DNA from: Campylobacterota bacterium
GTDB taxonomy: Bacteria; Campylobacterota; Campylobacteria; Campylobacterales; Sulfurimonadaceae
Reading direction: 5' to 3'
Assembly: GCA_034717975.1 (NCBI GenBank)
Contig: JAYEMF010000005.1
Coordinates: 3,613 to 27,562, forward strand
DNA length: 23,950 nucleotides
The position numbers and the translations under genes were made by a program. This document shows positions 1-7,685 of this stretch, one piece after another. The notes below the pieces were generated by a model that was not told the origin of the DNA, made no database searches, and saw nothing but the letters and a program-made list of their open reading frames with translations. Within the stretch, counting starts at the first letter, position 1. Each line of letters begins with the position of its first letter.

Positions 1-8
1 ATAAATTG

Positions 9-41
9 CTGTCAACTTTGAGATATTCTCAAAGTTGATAG
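9..41. repeat. Inverted repeat (possible terminator of an upstream gene or operator)
   Basis: TCAACTTTGAGA (12-23) - TAT - TCTCAAAGTTGA (27-38) is a perfect 12-bp inverted repeat, extendable to 15 bp with one G.U pair. Confidence 0.6.
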
Positions 42-164
42 GTAAAATAATCTAATGTATTACATTTCTACACACTCTTCTCTTTTGACCTTTAAAACGT
101 TGTTCCTATTAGTGACACTCATATAAGATTGCACATCGGCTACGCTTATATTTAAACCTCTTTT

Positions 165-173
165 TGTTATAGT
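165..173 (+). promoter_or_regulatory. Putative sigma70 extended -10 promoter of the nuo operon
   Basis: TGtTATAGT preceded by a T-rich tract, typical of Campylobacterota RpoD promoters; about 95 nt upstream of nuoA. Confidence 0.55.
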
Positions 174-206
174 TCAGTAACTGTTTTCTCTACGAAACGA
201 TGCAGT

Positions 207-234
207 CAAAAATGGCGCACTGTCGCCGTTTTTG
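207..234 (+). promoter_or_regulatory. Stem-loop in the nuo 5' leader (terminator-like or stabilising hairpin)
   Basis: CAAAAATGGCG-cactgt-CGCCGTTTTTG: 11-bp stem with one G.U pair and a 3' T-run. Confidence 0.5.
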
Positions 235-267
235 GGTGTTTGTAAACAACAACGAAAAGGTTGATTT

Positions 268-657
268 ATGGAGCACGTTAATACAATGAACCCTTATTTT
301 GGGGTTTTTGTGCTGTTTGTACTGACATTTGGTGCATTTTATGCAACAACGGTAATTGCCCGTCTGGCGAGCCGTGCAATGGCAAGCAAAGATACGGAAA
401 AGCTGAAGCTGACGGTTTATGAATGTGGGCCGGAAGTAACGAAGCAGCCAAATAGAATTTCGACACAGTTTTACCTGTTCGCACTTCTTTTCCTGCTGTT
501 CGACGTTGAGATCGTCTTTATGTTCCCATGGGCGATTAATTTTAAACTTTTAGGCTGGTTTGGCTTTGTTGAGATGATGCTTTTCATCCTGCTGTTGGCA
601 ATCGGTTTTGTTTATGCTTGGAAAAAAGGAGCGCTTGAATGGCACAGCATCAAGTAG
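268..657 (+). CDS. nuoA: NADH-quinone oxidoreductase subunit A
   Basis: Three hydrophobic segments; YECG and FLLFDVE...FPWA motifs; WKKGALEW C-terminus; AAAAGG RBS at 255-260. Confidence 0.97.
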   Translation: MEHVNTMNPYFGVFVLFVLTFGAFYATTVIARLASRAMASKDTEKLKLTVYECGPEVTKQPNRISTQFYLFALLFLLFDVEIVFMFPWAINFKLLGWFGFVEMMLFILLLAIGFVYAWKKGALEWHSIK

Positions 658-1148
658 ATTATTTAAAAGATGGCGGCCTTCCGGTCGCTTTGACATCTAT
701 CGACAAATTGGCGAACTGGGGACGTTCAAACTCGCTTTGGGCTTTGACTTACGGTTTGGCATGCTGCGGTATCGAGATGATGGCCTCTGGTGCATCACGC
801 TATGACTTCGACCGTTTCGGTACGATCTTCCGTTCATCACCGCGTCAGGCTGACATTATGATCGTTGCGGGAACGCTGACTAAAAAGCATGCAGAGTTCA
901 TCCGACGACTGTATGATCAGATGACGGAACCTAAATGGGTCATCTCTATGGGCTCTTGCGCCAATACCGGCGGTATGTTCAACACATACGCCACAGTACA
1001 GGGTGTTGACCGTGTTATTCCGGTTGATCTTTACCTGCCTGGTTGTGCACCGCGTCCGGAAACGCTTCAGTATGCCGTGATGCTGCTGCAGAAAAAGATC
1101 CGTAGCGAAAAAGCGATCAAGTCGCAAAAACCAAAAAGGTTGATGTAG
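639..1148 (+). CDS. nuoB: NADH-quinone oxidoreductase subunit B (cluster N2)
   Basis: [22 protein letters not shown] and [13 protein letters not shown] motifs. Confidence 0.98.
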   Translation: MAQHQVDYLKDGGLPVALTSIDKLANWGRSNSLWALTYGLACCGIEMMASGASRYDFDRFGTIFRSSPRQADIMIVAGTLTKKHAEFIRRLYDQMTEPKWVISMGSCANTGGMFNTYATVQGVDRVIPVDLYLPGCAPRPETLQYAVMLLQKKIRSEKAIKSQKPKRLM

Positions 1149-1963
1149 TGAGAGCGTATACAGAGAAGAAAGACGTACAGAAAAAAGCCTACTATACTGA
1201 CCGTTACTGGGTGGCTCCGCAGGTGCCTAAATCAGAAGTGGAAAGTGATGAAGTGTTCGCTGCAGACCTGGCGGCAATCAAAGCGAAGTTTGACGTCCTT
1301 GATGCTTACATCCAGGTAGAACAGATGGTCGTAATGATCAATCCGGAAGATAACTTCGGTGTCGTCGAAGTATTGAAGAATGAGTGTGACTATACGCAGC
1401 TTTCCGAGATGAGTGCGATTGACTGGATAGCAGACAAAGGTCAGCTTGAAGTCTTCTATCAACTGCTGAGTATGAACAAGCGTAAACGTATCCGTGTCAA
1501 ATGTTTTATTGACCAGGATCAGGCGGTTGAGAGTCTTAACCCGCTCTTCAGATCAGCAGACTGGGCAGAGCGTGAAGCTTATGATATGTTAGGCCTTAAG
1601 GTGAACAATCATCCATTCATGAAACGCATCCTGATGCCGGACGACTGGCAGGGGCATCCGCTGCTGAAAACTTACCCGCTTCATGGTGATGAGTTTGCTC
1701 AGTGGTATGAGGTTGACAAAATCTTTGGGAAAGAGGCACGCGATATCATCGGGCCTGAAAACCGTGATTCGGCTATGGTTGACCGTTACGACAGCGAGCG
1801 CTTTGGACGTCTTGGACATGAGGTCCCTCGCGGTGCAGAGCCTAAAGAGTCCAGAGGCCCGGTAGAAAATGTTTCACTTGATTACCAGGAAGAGGGCGGT
1901 ATCTTCCTGATCGAAGAGTTTGACAAAGATAACACAGTCGTGATCAGCGACAGAGACAGATAA
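1148..1963 (+). CDS. nuoC: NADH-quinone oxidoreductase subunit C
   Basis: [13 protein letters not shown]...HP...[18 protein letters not shown] motif; GTG start overlapping the nuoB stop; epsilon-type N- and C-terminal extensions. Confidence 0.96.
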   Translation: MRAYTEKKDVQKKAYYTDRYWVAPQVPKSEVESDEVFAADLAAIKAKFDVLDAYIQVEQMVVMINPEDNFGVVEVLKNECDYTQLSEMSAIDWIADKGQLEVFYQLLSMNKRKRIRVKCFIDQDQAVESLNPLFRSADWAEREAYDMLGLKVNNHPFMKRILMPDDWQGHPLLKTYPLHGDEFAQWYEVDKIFGKEARDIIGPENRDSAMVDRYDSERFGRLGHEVPRGAEPKESRGPVENVSLDYQEEGGIFLIEEFDKDNTVVISDRDR

Positions 1964-1973
1964 GGACAGTTAT

Positions 1974-3200
1974 ATGCAACAAACCAATAGACTACGTCCA
2001 TTTTTTGAAAATATTACCTTTGATCGTGAAGATAATGAGCTGGTTCTGAACTTCGGTCCTCAGCACCCTTCTGCTCACGGTCAGCTGCGTCTTATGCTTC
2101 ACCTCCAGCAAGAGCAGATCGTTAAAGCGCATCCGGATGTCGGATACCTTCACCGTGGTATGGAGAAGATGGCAGAAAACATGATCTATAATGAGTTCAT
2201 GCCGACAACCGACCGTATGGATTACATCGCGTCAAGTTCTAACAACTACGGCTTTGCCCTGGCGGTTGAGAAACTGATCGGCCTGGAAGTTCCGCGTCGT
2301 GCGAAAGTCATCCGTATGCTGCTGCTTGAGACAAACCGTCTCATGTCACACCTATTCTGGTTGGCAACAACCGCACTCGATATCGGTGCGATGACGGTAT
2401 TCCTTTACGCATTCCGTGAACGTGAATACCTGATGGACCTTATCGAAGATTACTGTGGTGCACGTCTGACGCACTCGGCAGTCCGTATCGGTGGTGTTCC
2501 GCTTGATCTTCCGGATAACTTTATGGATGATCTGAAAAAGTTCCTGGACAAACTTCCGGAGAATATCAAAGATTATGAAGATCTGCTTGATACCAACCGT
2601 ATCTGGCGTATGCGTATGGAAGATGTCGGGGTGATACCGACCGAGATGGCTCTGAGTTGGGGCTGTACAGGTCCAATGCTACGTGCTTCAGGTGTCAAAT
2701 GGGATATCCGTAAAGAAGAGCCGTACGAACTGTATGACGAAGTCGACTTTGATGTCCCTTACTCTGACAAGTGTGACAACTACGCGCGTTATAAGGTCTA
2801 TATGATGGAGATGCGTGAGTCGGCGAAGATCCTTTATCAACTGATCCCGATGTATTATGAGACATCACCGGAACTGATGGCGCATGCGCCGAAATACATT
2901 TCGGCACCGAAAATCGATATCATGACGCAGAACTACTCGTTGATGCAGCACTTTGTACTGGTTACGCAGGGAATGCGTCCTCCGGTCGGTGAAGTCTATA
3001 TCCCGACTGAGTCGCCAAAAGGTGAACTCGGTTATTACATCAACTCTCAGGGCGGTCCATATCCGTACCGTCTTAAAATGCGTGCGCCATCATTCTGGCA
3101 CACGGGAATTTTGACAGACCTGCTTCCGGGTCACTATATCCCAGACGTCGTTGCGATCATTGGTACAACCAATATCGTATTCGGTGAAGTTGACAGATAG
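1974..3200 (+). CDS. nuoD: NADH-quinone oxidoreductase subunit D
   Basis: [36 protein letters not shown] and terminal GEVDR motifs. Confidence 0.98.
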   Translation: MQQTNRLRPFFENITFDREDNELVLNFGPQHPSAHGQLRLMLHLQQEQIVKAHPDVGYLHRGMEKMAENMIYNEFMPTTDRMDYIASSSNNYGFALAVEKLIGLEVPRRAKVIRMLLLETNRLMSHLFWLATTALDIGAMTVFLYAFREREYLMDLIEDYCGARLTHSAVRIGGVPLDLPDNFMDDLKKFLDKLPENIKDYEDLLDTNRIWRMRMEDVGVIPTEMALSWGCTGPMLRASGVKWDIRKEEPYELYDEVDFDVPYSDKCDNYARYKVYMMEMRESAKILYQLIPMYYETSPELMAHAPKYISAPKIDIMTQNYSLMQHFVLVTQGMRPPVGEVYIPTESPKGELGYYINSQGGPYPYRLKMRAPSFWHTGILTDLLPGHYIPDVVAIIGTTNIVFGEVDR

Positions 3201-3208
3201 GAGAGTGC

Positions 3209-3433
3209 ATGAAACGTTTTGATTTGCGTCATCTTAAAGATGAATTCTATGATCGTATGAATGAGATCATGAAGAGCGAAGTGGAATATGGCGAAGTGGC
3301 AATCTTCCTGTTTGAAGTCGGTGATTTTACATCGGTTCAAAAAAGTGCGGATGCTATCAAAGAGGGTGGACATGATCTGCTGAACTCTTTGAAATTCAAT
3401 GAGGTCGACTGGACCATTGTTGTTAAAAAATAA
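3209..3433 (+). CDS. nuoX: Epsilon-type complex I small subunit (NuoE replacement, NuoX; Cj1575c/HP1264-like)
   Basis: 74 aa, MKRFDLR...GEVAIFLFEVGDF...LLNSLKFNEVDWTIVVKK matches the Campylobacterota 'subunit E family' protein; no Cys; position after nuoD; AGGAG RBS. Confidence 0.88.
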   Translation: MKRFDLRHLKDEFYDRMNEIMKSEVEYGEVAIFLFEVGDFTSVQKSADAIKEGGHDLLNSLKFNEVDWTIVVKK

Positions 3434-3444
3434 GAGGATGATAC

Positions 3445-5439
3445 GTGAGTAAAGTCTATTTTTCCACTTGGCGAGGCGAGCAGATAAACAATATCGGCAA
3501 AGCTGAGGATGCGTGGGAAGAGTCTGCTTACAACCTGCCGGCACAGTACGACGATCACCGTGATTCCAAAGCCTTTATTGGCTGGGACGGTGTGGCACTG
3601 TTTAATCCGGATGTAGACGTGGTACGCCTTGCGACAGAGTATGCAGCGCAGTACCAGGTCTATTCGGAAGCATGTGGCCGTTGTGCACCGGGACGTTGGG
3701 GTGGAAGAATTCTCTACGATCTGCTGGATAAGATCGCGCGTGGCGAAGGAACATATGACGATGTCGCCCACCTGAAAGAGGTCTCAAAAAGTATGCAGCT
3801 TACCTCCAAGTGTGAGATTGGTAAAACAGTACCAAACCCGCTTTTGGACCTGATGGAGCATTTTGAGTCAGATTTCAATGCGTGTATTGATGAGCAGAAG
3901 CCTTCCAAGCATTATGATACAGAAGTTAACTATATTGCCAAGATCACAGCTCCATGTCAGGATGCCTGTCCGGCACATGTTGATATCCCGGGTTATATCG
4001 AAGGGGTACGAGATCTGCGTCTGGATGACTCGTTGAAGGCAACACGCCAGACAATGCCGCTGGCCCATGTCTGTGGCCGCGTCTGTCCGCATCCGTGTGA
4101 AGATGAGTGCCGTCGAAAGAACCTGGATGAGTCGATCTCTATTATGGAACTCAAGCGTCTGGGCGCCGACTACGAGACTGACCACGGTTTCGGATTCTTT
4201 CATCCGGCAAAACAGAAAAAGATGGGCGACAAACGTGTCGCTGTTATCGGTGCAGGGCCGGCAGGTCTGACTACGGCATATTATCTGGCACTTGAAGGTG
4301 TCAATGTAGATGTCTATGAAGAGCTTCCGGTTCTGGGTGGTGAAGTTGCCGTCGGTGTGCCGGAATACCGTATGCCGATCGACAAGTACAACCAGGATAT
4401 CGAAGCGGTTAAAGATCTGGGTGTCAACTTCATCGTTAACTCCAAAGTAACAGCTGAATTAATGCGGAAGTACGAAGAGGAGTATGACGCGGTGATGGTG
4501 GCAACCGGAACACGTATCTCCAAAAAAGTTCGTTGTAACAATGAACGTCCTGAGATCGAAGGGTACTGGAGCGCGATTGAGATGCTCGACCAGATCAATC
4601 TCTGGGAGAAATACGGCATTGGCGAACCAGTTGATTTGACTGGCAAGACAGTTGTCTGTGTAGGCGGCGGTTTTACCTCGATGGATGTCGTCCGCTGTTC
4701 GATCCGTGCCAATGCCGAGCGGGTTGTCATGATCTATCGTCGTGACGAGAAGACGATCATACGTAATACCACCTATGAAGAGTATCACGAAGCGGTAGAA
4801 GAGGGTGTTGAGTTTATTTTCCATTCAGCTGTCGAAGAGATGGTGGATGAAGATGATGTGCTCAAGGTACTTAAAATGAATATGTTTGAACTTGTTCCGG
4901 ACCCGGATGGCGGTCGTCCGCAGCTTGTGAAAATCGAAGATGGTGATTTTGAGATCGATGCCGATTTCCTTATCCCGGCTGTATCACAAAGTGCCGATCT
5001 CGACCTGCTCCCTGAAGAGTGGGAGATCGAGATGACATCATGGGCGACCATAAAGACCAACGGTAAAGATTATATGACTTCCCGAAAGGGTATCTTTGCT
5101 TCGGGTGACTGTGAATATGGTCCGATGACAATCGTCAATGCTGTCGGTCAGGCCAAACGAGCGGCTTCAGTGATCTCACGCTATATTGAAACCGGTGAGA
5201 TCACGCTGACAGACGATGAGATCATGGAAGATCACCTTCGCAAGATGCGTGTTTACGACAAGAAAGAGAAGGTAACCGGTTGGATGCCTGGCGTTCCTCG
5301 TGAAAAAAGTGAAGTAGTCGGTGTTGACGATCGTAAAGACAACAACGTTGAAGTCAACTATGGCTTTACCCAGGAACAGGCGATCAGCGAAGCTGAACGA
5401 TGCATGCGCTGTTACTACATTGCGATGGTCGCAAACTGA
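3445..5439 (+). CDS. FAD/NADPH-dependent Fe-S oxidoreductase, GltD/SfrB-like, with an N-terminal NuoF-type Fe-S helical domain
   Basis: GTG start after GAGG; EACGRCAPGR...KC (NuoF N3-like); PCQDACP and CGRVCPHPCEDEC (GltD-type clusters); VAVIGAGPAG (FAD); VGGGFTSMD...IYRR (NADPH); FASGD; C-terminal EAERCMRC. Confidence 0.9.
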   Translation: MSKVYFSTWRGEQINNIGKAEDAWEESAYNLPAQYDDHRDSKAFIGWDGVALFNPDVDVVRLATEYAAQYQVYSEACGRCAPGRWGGRILYDLLDKIARGEGTYDDVAHLKEVSKSMQLTSKCEIGKTVPNPLLDLMEHFESDFNACIDEQKPSKHYDTEVNYIAKITAPCQDACPAHVDIPGYIEGVRDLRLDDSLKATRQTMPLAHVCGRVCPHPCEDECRRKNLDESISIMELKRLGADYETDHGFGFFHPAKQKKMGDKRVAVIGAGPAGLTTAYYLALEGVNVDVYEELPVLGGEVAVGVPEYRMPIDKYNQDIEAVKDLGVNFIVNSKVTAELMRKYEEEYDAVMVATGTRISKKVRCNNERPEIEGYWSAIEMLDQINLWEKYGIGEPVDLTGKTVVCVGGGFTSMDVVRCSIRANAERVVMIYRRDEKTIIRNTTYEEYHEAVEEGVEFIFHSAVEEMVDEDDVLKVLKMNMFELVPDPDGGRPQLVKIEDGDFEIDADFLIPAVSQSADLDLLPEEWEIEMTSWATIKTNGKDYMTSRKGIFASGDCEYGPMTIVNAVGQAKRAASVISRYIETGEITLTDDEIMEDHLRKMRVYDKKEKVTGWMPGVPREKSEVVGVDDRKDNNVEVNYGFTQEQAISEAERCMRCYYIAMVAN

Positions 5440-5450
5440 TGGAGGCGAAA

Positions 5451-7685
5451 ATGAGTGAAGCAATCAATTTTACCATTGACGGCCGTCAGGTTCAGGCCGA
5501 GAAGGGTGAGTCTATCCTTCAGGTGGCGCGTCGTGAGGATATCTATATTCCAACGATGTGTTATCTTGCCAAGACGACACCGTCGGCATCATGCCGTATG
5601 TGTGTGGTTGAAGTCGAAGGTGTGGACGGATTCATCCTGAGCTGTAATACACCGCCGACCGAAGGGGCCACTGTTACAACCGATTCTGCTGAACTTTACA
5701 GCGAGCGCCAGAACATCATGAAGATGTACAATGTCAATCACCCGCTTCAGTGCGGTGTCTGTGACAAAAGCGGTGAGTGTGATTTGCAGAACAAGACACT
5801 TGATTTTGGTCTGGATGAGCAGAGTTTTGCCGTGGCTGACCAGAAACGTAAAAAGAAGAAGTGGGGTGTACTCAGTTACGATCCGCATCTCTGTATTATG
5901 TGTGAGAAGTGTACCTCTGTCTGTAATGAAGTAGTAGGTTCTGAAGCACTCTATATCCGTCCAGGCGGTTATAAATCAGAGATCGATAATCACTACAGCC
6001 AGTGTATTCAGTGCGGTGAGTGTATCTCAGTCTGTCCGGTCGGCGCCATGGCCAGCAGTGATTTCAAATACACTTCCAATGTCTGGGAACTTGAACCGGT
6101 TCCATCGGCATGTGCACACTGTAGCAGTGCCTGTAATCTTCTTTATGATGTTAAAGAGACAGGCATCGGCTTTATCGGTGAGAAGTCTATCTATCGTGTG
6201 ACTAACGAAGATGATCACGACTCGCTGTGCGGTGCCGGCCGTTTTGGTTATGACTACGACAACCGTGTAAACGAGAAAGATGTTACCGCATTTGAAAGCG
6301 CTGTCGAAGCGTTCAAAAAAGCGGATACTATTCGTTTTAATTCAATGATCAGTAATGAAGAAGCACTGCTACTGCAGCGTCTAAAAGAGAAACACGGGTA
6401 CAAACTTGTCAACAAAGAGGCAAAAGCGTATCAGAACTTTATGGATAACTTCGGTTCAACAAGTGGAAAGCAGCTCTACAGCAGCGATCTTAAAAAACTC
6501 AAAGCCTCTGATTATGCTATTACGCTTGGATCGTCAGTCTCTTCAGACAATCCTATGGTCCGTTTTGCTCTGAGTTCAGCGGTTAACCGTAGAAAAGCGT
6601 ATGTTGCCTGTATGCATCCTATTGAAGATGAGATGATCCGTAATATTGTTTCTCAATACGTGAAATATGAGGTTGGATCGGAAGAGGGTGTACTCGCCAT
6701 GCTTTGTGACTTCATTCTGAGTGATGAAGCCAAAGCAGAGAACAAAGCTTTCTTTGATGACCTGGATGTTGGTTATATAAGCGGTGAAAGCAGTGTCGGT
6801 GAGGAAGAGTTCGCTCAACTGGCACAGCGACTGGTTCGAAGAAAGAGTCCGGTTCTTGTTATCGGTGAAGATCTGATTAACCATGAACGTGCCGCAAATA
6901 TCGCAAAGATGGCCGGTTTGATCGAGCATAACAGTGATTTTTCTGTACTGGTCACACCACCGGCAACCAATACACTGGGTGTAAGCCTGATTTGTGATCT
7001 TGACAGTGAAGCCGGCAGTTATGCTGTCGGTTATAACGTCGAAGCAGATTTTGTACTCAGTGCACTTGGCAAAGGTGACCTGGATATGCCGGCGATGAAC
7101 CAGCAAGAGGGAACCTTGACCAGTATCGATAAAAAAGTAGTACCGATGAATGCGGCACTCCCTTATCATGGTTATGAACTTAACGACATCGCTTCGGCAC
7201 TGGATGTTTCCAGCGAATATGTTATCGATTATACGAAAGAGCTGCCGACAGATAAAGGCTATCGTGCCATACCGTTTGATGAACTTCCAAACCGCTATTC
7301 CAATGTGGGTGAAGCGGTACGTGGTTATGCTCTGGAAAATGGGGATGTGACGATTTCCGGTCAACTTGACGCGCTTGGTGATATCCGTGAGTTTAACGGA
7401 AGTGTCATCTATCGCTGCAATCCACTGTCACAGTTTAATCCGTTTACAGATAAAGCACATCAAATTATCGATGAGCCTCTACTGATCGGGTCAGAGCAGT
7501 TTGCAATCGCTGCAAAGATCCAAGGTGGCGAACAAGTGGCTTTTGACATTGATGGCCAGCGAATTGAGCGTCTATTTAAGGTTGATAGAAAACTCAAAGG
7601 AACCGTTGCGTTTAATCCTGCGTTTGACAGCAGTGAAAACTATGACAGTTACCGATACAATCAAGTTAAGATAGAGAGGGTCTAA
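5451..7685 (+). CDS. nuoG: NADH-quinone oxidoreductase subunit G, paralogue 1 (compact form)
   Basis: Start reassigned to ATG 5451 (GGAGG at 5441-5445). IPTMCY..SCRMC..C [2Fe-2S]; HPLQCGVCDKSGECDLQ (N5); CIMCEKCTSVC and CIQCGECISVCP; CAHCSSAC...LCGAGRFG (N7); molybdopterin-oxidoreductase-like C-terminal body. Confidence 0.93.
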   Translation: MSEAINFTIDGRQVQAEKGESILQVARREDIYIPTMCYLAKTTPSASCRMCVVEVEGVDGFILSCNTPPTEGATVTTDSAELYSERQNIMKMYNVNHPLQCGVCDKSGECDLQNKTLDFGLDEQSFAVADQKRKKKKWGVLSYDPHLCIMCEKCTSVCNEVVGSEALYIRPGGYKSEIDNHYSQCIQCGECISVCPVGAMASSDFKYTSNVWELEPVPSACAHCSSACNLLYDVKETGIGFIGEKSIYRVTNEDDHDSLCGAGRFGYDYDNRVNEKDVTAFESAVEAFKKADTIRFNSMISNEEALLLQRLKEKHGYKLVNKEAKAYQNFMDNFGSTSGKQLYSSDLKKLKASDYAITLGSSVSSDNPMVRFALSSAVNRRKAYVACMHPIEDEMIRNIVSQYVKYEVGSEEGVLAMLCDFILSDEAKAENKAFFDDLDVGYISGESSVGEEEFAQLAQRLVRRKSPVLVIGEDLINHERAANIAKMAGLIEHNSDFSVLVTPPATNTLGVSLICDLDSEAGSYAVGYNVEADFVLSALGKGDLDMPAMNQQEGTLTSIDKKVVPMNAALPYHGYELNDIASALDVSSEYVIDYTKELPTDKGYRAIPFDELPNRYSNVGEAVRGYALENGDVTISGQLDALGDIREFNGSVIYRCNPLSQFNPFTDKAHQIIDEPLLIGSEQFAIAAKIQGGEQVAFDIDGQRIERLFKVDRKLKGTVAFNPAFDSSENYDSYRYNQVKIERV

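Noticed and set aside
3445..5439. Glutamate synthase small subunit (gltD)
   Set aside because: No gltB nearby, extra NuoF-like N-terminal domain, permuted Cys motif and location inside the nuo operon.
5400..5450. ORF-track start of nuoG1 at 5400
   Set aside because: It overlaps the Cys-bearing C-terminus of the flavoprotein; ATG 5451 has a GGAGG RBS and aligns with the NuoG2 N-terminus.
5437..5453. Selenocysteine or readthrough fusion of the flavoprotein with NuoG1 at TGA 5437
   Set aside because: The genes are in different frames and nuoG1 has its own RBS.
5451..7685. NuoG1 as a formate dehydrogenase or [FeFe]-hydrogenase catalytic subunit
   Set aside because: No H-cluster motifs or recognisable Mo/W-ligand segment; the C-terminal body is shortened and collinear with NuoG2.
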